Below are positions 1 through 9,595 of a stretch of DNA of 64,000 nucleotides, in pieces. Position 1 is the stretch's first letter. Each line of letters opens with the position of its first letter. Under the pieces are notes generated by a model, which searched no databases, was not told where the DNA came from, and saw only the letters and a list, made by a program, of their open reading frames with translations. Origin of the DNA: a virus. The position numbers and the translations under genes are program-made. The stretch covers positions 64,001 to 128,000 of IMG/VR virus record IMGVR_UViG_3300042484_001840; one strand, written 5' to 3'.

Positions 1-636
1 AAACTGAAGAATGTTGGTGACTATCGCTCTTTTCAGGGTCAGTTGTCAATGTTTATGGACCGCTATGTCACGACAGACACTGGCACTGGCGTGACTCGTC
101 AATATGAGGGTAAGACTTGGTATCTCAAGAAGGGCAAGGCTCCTTCAGCCGCTCCAGACCCAACTGGTCTTAAGGGTTCTAATCATGGCTGGGGACTAGC
201 AATTGACCTTGGTTACGATGTCAACGGCAAACTCACCTCAATGGGCGGTGCTTGCTTTGATTGGATGTGCGCTAACGCCCCTAAGTATGGTTTCTACCTT
301 CAGGGCAACAATAAGGCATCCAAGGAATTTGAGGCTTGGCACTGGCAGTACTGCCTCGGTGATGCATCGCCAGACGGTTCAGTTCAAGCCGCTCCAGCGT
401 CCGCTCCCGCACCTGCCCCTGCTGGCAGTGGAATGAAGTTTGATTACCCCGGCACGCCAGTTTCGCTAGGTTCAAAAGGACCAGCCGCTTCTCTTGTTCA
501 AGCAATCATTGGTGCAAAGGCAGATGGAGACTTTGGTCCGAAGTCTGTTGCTTCACTGAAGGCTTGGCAAACTGCAAATGGCTTAACTGCCGATGGTTCA
601 GTTGGTCCTGTTACATGGAAGAAAATGTTCGGCTAA
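1..636 (+). CDS. Endolysin: M15 (VanY-like) Zn peptidase plus C-terminal peptidoglycan-binding domain; 5'-truncated by the window
   Basis: Frame is open from base 1. SNHGWGLAID (SxHxxGxAxD) and EAWH motifs, Pro/Ala linker, PG_binding_1-like repeats (ADGDFGPKS, ADGSVGPVTW). Confidence 0.85.
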   Translation, partial: KLKNVGDYRSFQGQLSMFMDRYVTTDTGTGVTRQYEGKTWYLKKGKAPSAAPDPTGLKGSNHGWGLAIDLGYDVNGKLTSMGGACFDWMCANAPKYGFYLQGNNKASKEFEAWHWQYCLGDASPDGSVQAAPASAPAPAPAGSGMKFDYPGTPVSLGSKGPAASLVQAIIGAKADGDFGPKSVASLKAWQTANGLTADGSVGPVTWKKMFG

Positions 637-641
637 GAATC

Positions 642-989
642 ATGGAACCATCTAAAATTGCATTAATTCAAGCACTTCTTAATGGCGCGCAGATCAATGT
701 CGTTCCAGATCAAATTCGTTTAAATCCAGCAGAAAAGGATTTGGCTGAATCTCTTCTGCGCATTGCTACAACTTACGGAAAATTTGACGAAGTAGGCGGA
801 GGAATCTACGCGGCTTATGATTCTGGCGCACTGAATGAAACACAAAACATTGGCGTTAAATGCTCAAATTGTGTTTTGTATGCTGGTGGAGATCGTTGTA
901 AAATTATTTCGCTAGCAGTTGAACCAACTGGTAAATGTAGATTTGCTGTTATCCCCGATGGAGTGGTTAAGGGATATGGCAAAATATGA
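642..989 (+). CDS. Hypothetical protein with C-terminal HiPIP-like Cys cluster
   Basis: ATG at 642 just after the endolysin stop; CSNC...C...C pattern (CSNCVLY-x5-C-x12-C). Confidence 0.5.
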   Translation: MEPSKIALIQALLNGAQINVVPDQIRLNPAEKDLAESLLRIATTYGKFDEVGGGIYAAYDSGALNETQNIGVKCSNCVLYAGGDRCKIISLAVEPTGKCRFAVIPDGVVKGYGKI

Positions 990-1366
990 GCGACAGGTTC
1001 TTCTATCAAGCAAAGGTTGTGAATGTTGTTGACGGTGACACTCTGGACCTCTTGGTGGACCTTGGTTTCAATGTACATCACAATATCCGCGTTCGTTTGC
1101 ATGGCATCAATACGCCTGAATCAAAGACGACGGATATCAAAGAAAAAGAACTCGGACTAAAGGCAAAAGACTATACAAAAGACTGGATTGCTCGGCATCC
1201 CGTAGTTTTTGTTAGCACGGTTAAAGATAAGAAAGAAAAGTTTGGTCGCATACTTGCAAATATCTATAGCGACGAAACTAAGAATGTTTCACTAAATGAT
1301 TCTTTAGTAGATGCTGGCTACGCTCGCGTTTACAATGGCGAGAAAAGAACTGGGTGGTTTGATTGA
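986..1366 (+). CDS. Thermonuclease (SNase-like)
   Basis: VVDGDT, RVRLHGINTPES, KFGRILA and LVDAGYA motifs. Confidence 0.88.
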   Translation: MSDRFFYQAKVVNVVDGDTLDLLVDLGFNVHHNIRVRLHGINTPESKTTDIKEKELGLKAKDYTKDWIARHPVVFVSTVKDKKEKFGRILANIYSDETKNVSLNDSLVDAGYARVYNGEKRTGWFD

Positions 1367-1406
1367 CATGGGACTCCAAAACCTACAGAAACAGTGGTAT
1401 TAAATC

Positions 1407-1925
1407 ATGGCAGATAGAAATGGTGACCTTATTGTTTATCATCGCTCAGACTGCGGTTCTGGCTATGTAAGAATGTATGGCTTCGGCGGAGATGGCACAG
1501 GTCAATCTTGCGGAAAATGGGGATTAGAAGATTGGCAAATAGACATCATTCATCAATATGACTGGAACTTCAAAGCGGAAGACCTGAACCAATTGAAAAT
1601 CTATCGCGATGGTGATTTATTTGGCAACGGGAAGTTATCCCCAGAGCAATTTCAGTTGGCAGTGAATTATGTAGCAGGATGCCATACGGATGCATATGGT
1701 CACCTACTCAACGACGATGGGAGTAGGCAGGATGGACAAAATCCTCAAGATTCCCAAGGTTTCTATTTGGCATTTAATGTAAACAATAGATGTCCAGATA
1801 GCACAAGAAGGGAATGCCCTGAGAATCACGCCCGTTGGAAAAGTTTAGAGGCATCAATGGGAGGGGACATGAGCGCTTTTGGCGGTGGACCCGAGACTTG
1901 GAAATTAATTCCGTACAACGGATAA
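1407..1925 (+). CDS. Hypothetical protein
   Basis: 172-aa ORF with TTGACA just upstream. Confidence 0.6.
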   Translation: MADRNGDLIVYHRSDCGSGYVRMYGFGGDGTGQSCGKWGLEDWQIDIIHQYDWNFKAEDLNQLKIYRDGDLFGNGKLSPEQFQLAVNYVAGCHTDAYGHLLNDDGSRQDGQNPQDSQGFYLAFNVNNRCPDSTRRECPENHARWKSLEASMGGDMSAFGGGPETWKLIPYNG

Positions 1926-1942
1926 TAAAAGTTTGGATTGAT

Positions 1943-2143
1943 ATGGGACTACAAGAAGCACTTATTGGTTTTGCTGTAGCATTTATTGGCTTATTGACGG
2001 CACTTGTTGAAAAAGGTCGTCGCGAAAATTCCCGTGATCACAATACGGTTCGTGACCGCCTAGACGACATCAAGTTAGATGTTCGCGAGGTTCGCACTGT
2101 GTTAACCGACCATCTTCAGGCTCACTCAGAAGATAAAAAGTAA
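1943..2143 (+). CDS. Small membrane protein, holin-like
   Basis: N-terminal TM (LIGFAVAFIGLLTALV) plus coiled coil ending DHLQAH, near the endolysin. Confidence 0.5.
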   Translation: MGLQEALIGFAVAFIGLLTALVEKGRRENSRDHNTVRDRLDDIKLDVREVRTVLTDHLQAHSEDKK

Positions 2144-2365
2144 TTACTTTTTAGTTTTCTTCTTTTTCTTCTTAGTAAATTCAGCATCCTGCTGGCGCTT
2201 CCACGCCAAATATTCTGGCGGATACTTTCTTTTTTCTGGATGCATCAAGTATTCGTGAATATCAAATGATTGCTTTGTGTCCTTATTGCAGTGAGGACAA
2301 ATTTGAGTACTGGCAGGGTAGTCGCTAGTTTGCCAAGTCACTGGTACTCTCCGCAGGATGGGCAC
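2144..2365 (-). CDS. Hypothetical protein (CxxC, Lys-rich tail)
   Basis: ORF track; CPHC motif. Confidence 0.4.
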   Translation of the reverse strand: MPILRRVPVTWQTSDYPASTQICPHCNKDTKQSFDIHEYLMHPEKRKYPPEYLAWKRQQDAEFTKKKKKKTKK

Positions 2366-2469
2366 TTATCATCGCCCCATTTTAGCGGCTGACCGCAGTC
2401 ATAGCAATACAGGATTTCTTCTTCGGCGTTATTGTTTTCTTTACTGTCCACAGTTGGATTGTACCGCAT
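2338..2469 (-). CDS. Small zinc-ribbon protein (43 aa)
   Basis: Manually translated MRYNPT...CYDCGQPLKWGDDKCPSCGEYQ; two CxxC motifs. Confidence 0.45.
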   Translation of the reverse strand: MRYNPTVDSKENNNAEEEILYCYDCGQPLKWGDDKCPSCGEYQ

Positions 2470-2567
2470 GATAAGTTTTACCTAGGTGAATGCAGACTAT
2501 GTAATAATAGGTATGCATGCCGAATTGAGCAAGATGAGCCTGTATTTTCTAATTTATATGGAGTAAA

Positions 2568-2900
2568 ATGAATGATGTAATTAGTAATGATGTTTTCTGG
2601 CATAAAGACAATCATGTCATTCATTTGCAACTAAACAAAAGCGAAGTATCTATCGTCCATGTTCACTGCCCTCATACTGAAGACAGAGAATGCCGTATTG
2701 GGAAATTTGAATGTATCGTTTCTTGGTTCTTGGATAGGTACGGACTTGAATGCAATGTTGGCATTTGTGAGATTTCGTCCGAGATTGAAATAGCATGGTC
2801 TGCGGTCGGGGAAGACTTTGACGATCCAGAACTATGCCAAGTTTGGGTAATCCCAGTAAACGATGAAGCGTTCTCCGCTTGGCTGATTACTCAGGCGTAA
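2568..2900 (+). CDS. Hypothetical protein
   Basis: 110-aa ORF with GGAG RBS. Confidence 0.6.
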   Translation: MNDVISNDVFWHKDNHVIHLQLNKSEVSIVHVHCPHTEDRECRIGKFECIVSWFLDRYGLECNVGICEISSEIEIAWSAVGEDFDDPELCQVWVIPVNDEAFSAWLITQA

Positions 2901-3369
2901 CTTCAGTATCTGTATATCTTTCGGCTTCTTCCACATACTTCTTAACCTCAGGCATAAGCGTGTCTAGGAACCTACTGATATCAGGGTGATTTAAGCCCTC
3001 TTTGAAATTGAACGAATAAGTGTTTCTGTTTTTGACTTTTGTCTTTGTTATGAGTTTACTTTTCAAAAGCAGTTTCACTGAGTGATTAATATTTGATTCT
3101 GAGACTCCGATGTATTTTGATAATGCTCGTTGAGTAATTCCAGAATCTTCAATGATTGCTATGAGAACTCGCCCATGACTATTGAGTAGTTGTACCTGAT
3201 TAGGTTTGGCGTAAGTAACAAGATGATGCCTGTCCAGTAAGTGCATGATCCTGTCGGTAACTGCTTCAGCAGATTCACCTTTATCCATTGCAATTTGAAT
3301 AGTGATCTTAAGTGGTTCAAAAATTTCAAGTTTACTATTAATTGACACTGGTTCAGCAGAATTAATCAT
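2887..3369 (-). CDS. Winged-helix (MarR-like) DNA-binding protein
   Basis: ITQRALSKYIGVSESNINHSVKLL HTH followed by a beta-wing. Confidence 0.7.
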   Translation of the reverse strand: MINSAEPVSINSKLEIFEPLKITIQIAMDKGESAEAVTDRIMHLLDRHHLVTYAKPNQVQLLNSHGRVLIAIIEDSGITQRALSKYIGVSESNINHSVKLLLKSKLITKTKVKNRNTYSFNFKEGLNHPDISRFLDTLMPEVKKYVEEAERYTDTEVTPE

Positions 3370-3437
3370 ACAAATGCACTATAGTACATTGGACAACCAC
3401 GGCACGCCCATTGAGCCTCAATTTATGGAGACAGTAA

Positions 3438-3680
3438 ATGAGCCTTGAAAACAAACTCAATAGCCTCAAGCAAATTAGGGATCTGAAGAATGTGTGTACC
3501 GTTGGCGGCATTATCAATGAGTTACCAGAAGTAGAGAAGAAGGCGCTAGTCAGTGCCCTTAGTTCTAAAGCCTCAACACGAGGAATCTACGATGCTCTCA
3601 AATCTGAAGGTTTCAAGATTGATAGACAAACAATAACTCTTCACCGTAAGGGCTATTGCCGATGTAAGGAGCAAGAATGA
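3438..3680 (+). CDS. Small hypothetical protein, partner of the downstream phosphoesterase
   Basis: RBS, overlaps the next start; C-terminal HRKGYCRC. Confidence 0.6.
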   Translation: MSLENKLNSLKQIRDLKNVCTVGGIINELPEVEKKALVSALSSKASTRGIYDALKSEGFKIDRQTITLHRKGYCRCKEQE

Positions 3681-4900
3681 CCGATCTATCCAAGCGCCTC
3701 GCTGCTGTAGAGAATCAAGCAGAACTTGAGGACGCAGTAAAGAAGAAGAAGTCACCCCAAGGATGGGAACCTGGTGTTGTCTGGGAAGGCACAAAAGGAA
3801 CTATCACCACAAGTGCGGTATATGAACCGCCGAAGGAATGGTCATCACTCCTGAAAGAACGAGGACTAGACCCCGACCTTTACGAGATCGTCGGAGACAC
3901 AATTCGCTGGACATCTTTTGATGGATGGAAGCGAGATGCACCTGGCGACGAGGCATATAGCACTATTTGTTATTCTTACAAGGCTGATATACGCCTGAAG
4001 TCCCCAGAACGACCCAATTTGGACGAGATATATCAGGCTATAAAGAAGGCAAAAAAGCCCTCTAAAGAAGCACCCTCTGGAGACACCACTTTTGTCATTG
4101 CTCTGTCGGATTGGCAGACAGGAAACCGTGATGGTGGCGGAGTACAAAAGCAGGTAGAAGAGATCGCCGCGCTTCCAGATAAATTAGTTAAAAGAGTTCG
4201 TGACCTGCGCAAATGCGGTACGAAAATCAACCATATCCTTATTGTTGGCTTAGGCGACCTAGTAGAAGGAACTTGCGGACACTACCCAGCCCAGCAATTC
4301 CGTATTGAAGTAGACCGCCGAGAGCAGATGAAGATTGTCCGAAGGGGAATCCGCGACATCATTATGGCTCTAGCCCCCTTAGTAGAGCGCGTCACCGTTA
4401 CTGCTGTTGGTGGAAACCACGGTGAAAACAGAGGATTGAGCGGAAAAGCCTTCACCACAACTGGAGACAACGACGATGTTGCCATCTTTGAGCAGATTGC
4501 CGAAGCCTTCCAGATGAACAAAGAAGCCTTTCCCAATGTCAGTTGGCGTATTCCGCTAGAACGATTGACCACTTCTGTTGAGATTAACGGCAAGATCATC
4601 GCCTTTACTCACGGACACCTTAGTAAGCCTTCTGGGAACGCCGCACAATCTGTATGGAATTGGTGGAAAGACCAGGCTCACGGACGCGCTCACCCAGGTG
4701 TTGCCGATGCCGACATCCTCGTAACAGGGCATTATCACCACTTCAATGCCAAAGAACAGGAAGGGCGAGCACTATTCGTCTGCCCAAGCATCGTATCTGT
4801 TGGTGAATACTTCCAAGATACCTATGGAGTCAAGACTCGTGCAGGCACTTTGACCTTCTGTGTCAATAGCGTCGGATGGACAGAAATGTCAATTGTCTAA
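3677..4900 (+). CDS. Calcineurin-like metallophosphoesterase (Mre11-like nuclease)
   Basis: SDWQ, GLGDLVEG, GNHGE, HGH and GHYHH motifs. Confidence 0.82.
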   Translation: MTDLSKRLAAVENQAELEDAVKKKKSPQGWEPGVVWEGTKGTITTSAVYEPPKEWSSLLKERGLDPDLYEIVGDTIRWTSFDGWKRDAPGDEAYSTICYSYKADIRLKSPERPNLDEIYQAIKKAKKPSKEAPSGDTTFVIALSDWQTGNRDGGGVQKQVEEIAALPDKLVKRVRDLRKCGTKINHILIVGLGDLVEGTCGHYPAQQFRIEVDRREQMKIVRRGIRDIIMALAPLVERVTVTAVGGNHGENRGLSGKAFTTTGDNDDVAIFEQIAEAFQMNKEAFPNVSWRIPLERLTTSVEINGKIIAFTHGHLSKPSGNAAQSVWNWWKDQAHGRAHPGVADADILVTGHYHHFNAKEQEGRALFVCPSIVSVGEYFQDTYGVKTRAGTLTFCVNSVGWTEMSIV

Positions 4901-4936
4901 GAAGTTCATATAAATCTAACGGAGAATTAGGGAAGT

Positions 4937-5548
4937 ATGACAACTATTATTGGACTACAAGGTGACCGCTGGTGTGCAGTAGGAGCGGACAGCCTCATTA
5001 CATCAATGGACGAAAGCGGGTTCATTACTAGTCAACAAGTCCTGTCTAGCACTTCATCTAAACTTATCTCAAAGAACGGTTACATCATAGGAGCGGCAGG
5101 AGATGTCAGAGCAATCAACATCCTGCATCATGTCTACGAACCGCCCACTATACCTAGAACACTAGTACCAAGCAGAATAGATCAGTTCGTCACTAAGGAA
5201 GTCATCCCAAGCCTAAGAGAGTGCTTTGACAACCAAGGCTACAGCCCTCCAGATAAATCTGACCGAGAACACCAAGCCCAACAAGACTCAACAATCCTCA
5301 TAGCAGTCAAAGCCCGTATCTACATTATTGACAACGACTACTCATGGGCACAAGACGAACGAGGCATTTACACCATTGGTACAGGTTGCCAGTATGCAAC
5401 AGCAACATTGCATCTACTTACAGGGAACACAACCAAAGCCCTTACCCAAGATAAGGCAATCTCCCATATACAGAAAGCCCTGTCCATCGCGTCTCACCAC
5501 GACCCGTACACAGGACCGCCACACCACATCCACACCCAGACCACATGA
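4937..5548 (+). CDS. Proteasome beta/HslV-like Ntn-hydrolase
   Basis: Begins MTTIIG (Thr nucleophile after Met removal); GADS, GAAGD, IGTG and DPYTG motifs. Confidence 0.78.
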   Translation: MTTIIGLQGDRWCAVGADSLITSMDESGFITSQQVLSSTSSKLISKNGYIIGAAGDVRAINILHHVYEPPTIPRTLVPSRIDQFVTKEVIPSLRECFDNQGYSPPDKSDREHQAQQDSTILIAVKARIYIIDNDYSWAQDERGIYTIGTGCQYATATLHLLTGNTTKALTQDKAISHIQKALSIASHHDPYTGPPHHIHTQTT

Positions 5549-5566
5549 AAGCCACACTTTTACCAC

Positions 5567-5857
5567 ATGTTTCCCATAAGCCAACCAGTGTTCTTCAAGA
5601 AGGCTAACTGCCTAGGACAGACACACTTAATGTTCCCCCAACACCATAAGGACATTACTTACATCCAACAAGCACGAGAACTCTGTAGTACTTGCAGTGT
5701 GAGCAAACAATGCCTAGAATATGCTCTTGAGTTTCCAGCAGCAGACATGCACGGAGTATGGGCAGGTTTGACAAGTAGGCAGTTATCTGCGGAACAAAAG
5801 CGCAGGGGAATCAAGGCAACACGACCCACATTGGCTCAAATGTGGGGAGATAAGTAA
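5567..5857 (+). CDS. whiB: WhiB-family transcription factor
   Basis: Four conserved Cys (C-x-CxxC-x5-C) and GVWAG turn. Confidence 0.9.
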   Translation: MFPISQPVFFKKANCLGQTHLMFPQHHKDITYIQQARELCSTCSVSKQCLEYALEFPAADMHGVWAGLTSRQLSAEQKRRGIKATRPTLAQMWGDK

Positions 5858-5941
5858 GTATCCCAATAAGTAACATAGATTTTACACAAAACACTACAAA
5901 TTCATGTAATTTACCACTATACAAACAATAGAAGGATAGTT

Positions 5942-6172
5942 ATGTCTACAACCCTCACCTACAACCAGTGGATAGCAATCGGAATAGAACAAGGATGGTG
6001 CGGACCAGCAGTCTGCTACACCCATGATGGACTACCGACTACGGCTGATGAGGACGACGAGTTTCAAGAGAGCGACCCGTGCATCCATATCATCAGACTG
6101 TATGAGGATCACGAGACGAGACTGGCGATAGAGAACAACCATTCGGCTAGCAACTGGCGCAAACCGATATGA
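5942..6172 (+). CDS. Hypothetical phage protein
   Basis: AAGGA RBS; 76-aa ORF. Confidence 0.6.
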   Translation: MSTTLTYNQWIAIGIEQGWCGPAVCYTHDGLPTTADEDDEFQESDPCIHIIRLYEDHETRLAIENNHSASNWRKPI

Positions 6173-6375
6173 GCATCCTTGACGACCTCAAGGCGAGGAT
6201 AGATCAACTCATGAAGGACACTGAGGCTCTTGATGAGGAGTTGGATGAGTGGCAGATCACCAACAACAAGAACTGCATTGCGGAGTTGAAGAGTGACCTA
6301 GTGAGGTTACAGAAACTCATTGACGGGCACTTGAGTACTAAGCAACCCGAATCCGACACTCAGGGCAAAAACTAG
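6169..6375 (+). CDS. Hypothetical coiled-coil protein
   Basis: ATGA overlap with the previous gene. Confidence 0.55.
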   Translation: MSILDDLKARIDQLMKDTEALDEELDEWQITNNKNCIAELKSDLVRLQKLIDGHLSTKQPESDTQGKN

Positions 6376-6691
6376 CACCGCCGAAACGCTCAGGGGAATC
6401 TGTGCCAGCACACCCCACGCCCTCGCGTCCGCACGGGAGCAGAATTTTGTCGCCAGTGAGGTAGGCGTGAATCATGTCGGTCTGAGTTGGGATCGGCACT
6501 CGCGCTGGCGGAGGCTCTGGTAATCCCAGTTCCTCGTCCAGTGCGCGCATCAGCGTCTGGATGCACCAGTTCGTGTAGGCTACACCTAACTTCTCTGCGT
6601 GCTCTACAAGTCGGTTCTTCTGTTTGCCCGGCAAGCGGAGAACGATTGTTGCTGGCTGGGTCTCGTTAGACTTGCGGGGTTTGGCGGGCAT
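6338..6691 (-). CDS. Ribbon-helix-helix-like DNA-binding protein with C-terminal Cys cluster
   Basis: TIVLRLP-x-KNRLVEHAEKLG pattern; CPEC. Confidence 0.55.
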   Translation of the reverse strand: MPAKPRKSNETQPATIVLRLPGKQKNRLVEHAEKLGVAYTNWCIQTLMRALDEELGLPEPPPARVPIPTQTDMIHAYLTGDKILLPCGREGVGCAGTDSPERFGGASFCPECRIRVA

Positions 6692-6839
6692 CGCGCTCCA
6701 CTAGCGTCAGCAGGTATTCGGTGATGGTCATGTCGTATCCTTCGGCTAGGGCGAGGATCTGGTTCTTCGTTTTGCCAGCGATCTTGAGAGTGATAGTCGT
6801 CTTAGGGGAGGCAGTTGGTTTTGGGGGTCGTCCGATCAT
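6666..6839 (-). CDS. Small ribbon-helix-helix protein (57 aa)
   Basis: Manually translated MIGRPPKP...TTITLKIAGKTKNQILALAEGYDMTITEYLLTLV; GRP plus RHH pattern. Confidence 0.55.
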   Translation of the reverse strand: MIGRPPKPTASPKTTITLKIAGKTKNQILALAEGYDMTITEYLLTLVERDARQTPQV

Positions 6840-6939
6840 GTTGGTAGTTTACTGAAAGGAGGTTGCTTTTTGGGGATGGGTCCTGTATAATAGTGTTATA
6901 CCGAAAAGTGTTCGGTTTAAATTACTAAGGAGTATTACT

Positions 6940-7494
6940 ATGAACCGTTTAGATTTAGGCGACTTCAAGTTCGCAGAGAGTCTTGAACGACTCGTCACCC
7001 GACCGAAGGCATTGAATGGCATCGCCCTTCCGACTGTCCGTAACCTAGTTGAGTCGCGTCTTATCAACGCTGACTTTGACGCAGTGATTACATCAGGACC
7101 AAAGGAACGCGAAGTCAACTGGGATCACCCCAACCATCGCGTCTGGGAGTTTGACGATTCGGAAGATAGTTACGGTCCTAAGTTGGAACAAGTAGAAGAG
7201 ATGATCTTTTGGGGTGCACAGCAAGACGATGTTCTCGTTCACTGTCACGCAGGGATGAGTCGCTCTACTGCTACGGCTTGGGGTATCTGTATCGCTAAGG
7301 GCTTGGATGCCAAGGAGAGTCTTGTGGCTCTACTGGATGCTCACCCTAATGATGATGGATACGACGAGAAGCGTTGGTTCTGCCCGAATGGACTTCTTGT
7401 CCGCCACATGCAGACCATCTTCAATGATCCGACTCTCTTGGATATCCGTGAAGAAGTGCTACGCGACGACAAGCGCATCAGCCACTGGCTGTGA
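6940..7494 (+). CDS. Protein-tyrosine/dual-specificity phosphatase-like protein
   Basis: VLVHCHAGMSRS (HCxxGxxRS) P-loop and CPN motif; TATAAT and AAGGAG upstream. Confidence 0.82.
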   Translation: MNRLDLGDFKFAESLERLVTRPKALNGIALPTVRNLVESRLINADFDAVITSGPKEREVNWDHPNHRVWEFDDSEDSYGPKLEQVEEMIFWGAQQDDVLVHCHAGMSRSTATAWGICIAKGLDAKESLVALLDAHPNDDGYDEKRWFCPNGLLVRHMQTIFNDPTLLDIREEVLRDDKRISHWL

Positions 7495-7947
7495 GAGTGC
7501 GTATAACTGTTTCTCATATTCCTTGACAATCTTGTCGTAGGTAGAGAGGAACATCTCTCGGTCCCCATTCGTGTGGAGGTTGTAGGAACTAACTCCTCCT
7601 AGAGCCTTCACCGTTTGGGAGACTAGAGCGTGGATAGATTCAGATGAATAGTTGCCAGAGTGTGCCGCATCAGCAGCACGCCTGAACTGCTGCCATGCTT
7701 CTCCGCCACTGGGTACTGATTCGCCGTGGATCAAATCAACAGTTCTCCGACGCACTTCGCCTACGCGAGGCATGTAACTGTTTTCTATAACAAGGTCGTC
7801 AAGCACGAGGTCAACATCATCCTTGTTTAAATCTTTGAGAATGCGCCACCACGCTTCGTACGCCTGCTTCTGATAGACAGGGTTAATCTGCTGGTTCCAA
7901 CTCAGATAAATTCTGTCAACAATTTGACACAGTTCTGTTTTAGTCAT
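7459..7947 (-). CDS. Putative replicative helicase loader/inhibitor (G39P-like)
   Basis: MTKTE...AWWRILKDL...MPRVGEVR pattern; follows the putative initiator. Confidence 0.55.
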   Translation of the reverse strand: MTKTELCQIVDRIYLSWNQQINPVYQKQAYEAWWRILKDLNKDDVDLVLDDLVIENSYMPRVGEVRRRTVDLIHGESVPSGGEAWQQFRRAADAAHSGNYSSESIHALVSQTVKALGGVSSYNLHTNGDREMFLSTYDKIVKEYEKQLYALSQPVADALVVA

Positions 7948-8347
7948 CTAAGAAGCCACCCTTGCTGTCATCCGCCACCGTGAGGTTAGAGAACCGCTCA
8001 ATGTGAGCCGAGTCCCGCAGGATTAATTCTAGCGAGTTGTAAACCGTTCCGCTTGGATTTTGTCCCATGTGCCAAGGAGATAGGGCACAGCCCCGTATCG
8101 CATCCTTAACAATGTCCGATCCAAATTGGTTGACTGCCACTGTGATCAACTTCGTCCGCTCGTCGGAGAGGCGGGGCTTCCTACCTTTACCTTGGAAAAA
8201 AGTATCTACATAGGTTTGCCAGACCTGAAGAATGATTGCGGGGCTAACAGGTTGTAGATAGTTAGCGCGCTTCTTCTCGGTGCGGGACTGTTTAGTTGGT
8301 TCATCTAAATCAAATAGACTTGGTTGTTCTGAAATAATTTCAGGCAT
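7940..8347 (-). CDS. Putative replication initiator-like protein (C-terminal domain type)
   Basis: W-x2-Y...AIRG-x3-SPWHMGQN...YNSLELILRD resembles phage initiator C-termini; coupled to the loader-like gene. Confidence 0.45.
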   Translation of the reverse strand: MPEIISEQPSLFDLDEPTKQSRTEKKRANYLQPVSPAIILQVWQTYVDTFFQGKGRKPRLSDERTKLITVAVNQFGSDIVKDAIRGCALSPWHMGQNPSGTVYNSLELILRDSAHIERFSNLTVADDSKGGFLDD

Positions 8348-8801
8348 AATTCTCCCCTTAACTTTAGTAATTCTTAGTTTACCAACAAGGATAAACATAT
8401 ATCAACTTATTCCACGGAATATTTAACAAGAAGAAAAGAACACATTACCCTGGAGTAATACGAAACTTGTTTCGTTTTACGACACCAGTAAAGAGTGCAA
8501 CATAACTAAAGAGAGATTAGGTAAGACCTGGAGGGGGGTCTGGGGGGAACCATCGTCTTTTGCTGTCGTACTTTGGGGTACGCTCAAGCAAGCCCTTCGG
8601 ACTAGAGTATGTTGTTCTGACGGGTATGAGGCCTCGTCGTGTTTGTAAGATACTGACTATAGCGCGAGTCATACGCCACCGTCGCATATAGGACATTTTT
8701 TTTGAAAAAGTTTTGCAACTGTAACATTCGTTGCGTGTTTTAGTGTAATGTAGTTACGCGGGGAATGTTTCGCCCCCTTATATTCACCGCATGGTTGAGG
8801 T

Positions 8802-8843
8802 GGTGGAGGTTAAGTGCGTCATGAGCGTTCTTTAACCTCCACC
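8802..8843 (-). terminator. Stem-loop downstream of the 8853-9323 gene
   Basis: GGTGGAGGTTAA...TTAACCTCCACC inverted repeat. Confidence 0.5.
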
Positions 8844-8852
8844 AACTCCCAC

Positions 8853-9323
8853 TTAGATGATGGGGAGATTGAACTCTCGTCGTTCTACCATGATGCCAAG
8901 AGCGCAGTAGTTCACTAGATCTAAGAATGTATCTTGCATTGCTTCGTGATTAGGCTGTCTTCCGTCACCGTCAAGATTTTCTAAGCGCGCCACTTTGTCG
9001 TGGATGCGTACTAGCAATCCTTGTCGTCCAAAGCGAGTGATTGCATCTGGACCATAATCTTTTTGCTTTGATACAAGAATATTTACACATTCTTTTTTGT
9101 TTAGATCTAGTTCTCTCAATCGCGCTACTTCAATTGCTTCCGCACCAATCTGTGAGAAGAACACACAGGCTTGGATGTTTCCACCTCGTCGGTCGTAGAG
9201 TGATTCAATAAACCCATCTAGATACTTGCGTATCATTGCTGGTGATTTATCTTTCCTCTTTAAGACGAGTGAGAAGATGGCATCAATTGCTGACTCTGCT
9301 GATTCGTTCCATGTTTGTGGCAT
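8853..9323 (-). CDS. Nucleotide-modification-associated domain (Nmad1/DUF1599-like) protein
   Basis: KQKDYG...GLLVRIHDKVARLENL...DTFLDLVNY. Confidence 0.7.
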   Translation of the reverse strand: MPQTWNESAESAIDAIFSLVLKRKDKSPAMIRKYLDGFIESLYDRRGGNIQACVFFSQIGAEAIEVARLRELDLNKKECVNILVSKQKDYGPDAITRFGRQGLLVRIHDKVARLENLDGDGRQPNHEAMQDTFLDLVNYCALGIMVERREFNLPII

Positions 9324-9370
9324 GAATCTATTTTTATCACAGAGTCATACACCACCGTCGTTTGTTGAGA

Positions 9371-9595
9371 TCAGCCCTGCCAGATTTTTTGGTATGACAG
9401 TGGCCACTGAGACACTGGTTCGCATCCCTTGTCAAAGTGATCCTTGAGTGCTTCGTCGGTACCGCATGCGGAGCAGATCTCCGTCTTGTTATCCGCTCGC
9501 GAGATCGCGCCAGGGTATGCGCCTGGTGTTTCATTGTTCGGAATGTGGTTATTCACACAGCGCGGACAGATCTTGTGGACTGTTTTAGTATTCAT
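9371..9595 (-). CDS. Small Zn-finger phage protein
   Basis: CPRC...AISRADNKTEICSACGTDEAL; AGGAG RBS. Confidence 0.65.
   Translation of the reverse strand: MNTKTVHKICPRCVNNHIPNNETPGAYPGAISRADNKTEICSACGTDEALKDHFDKGCEPVSQWPLSYQKIWQG

Noticed and set aside
6901-6915. LexA box upstream of the phosphatase (CCGAAAAGTGTTCGG)
   Set aside because: The left half-site and spacing do not fit GAAC-N4-GTTC (one base short).
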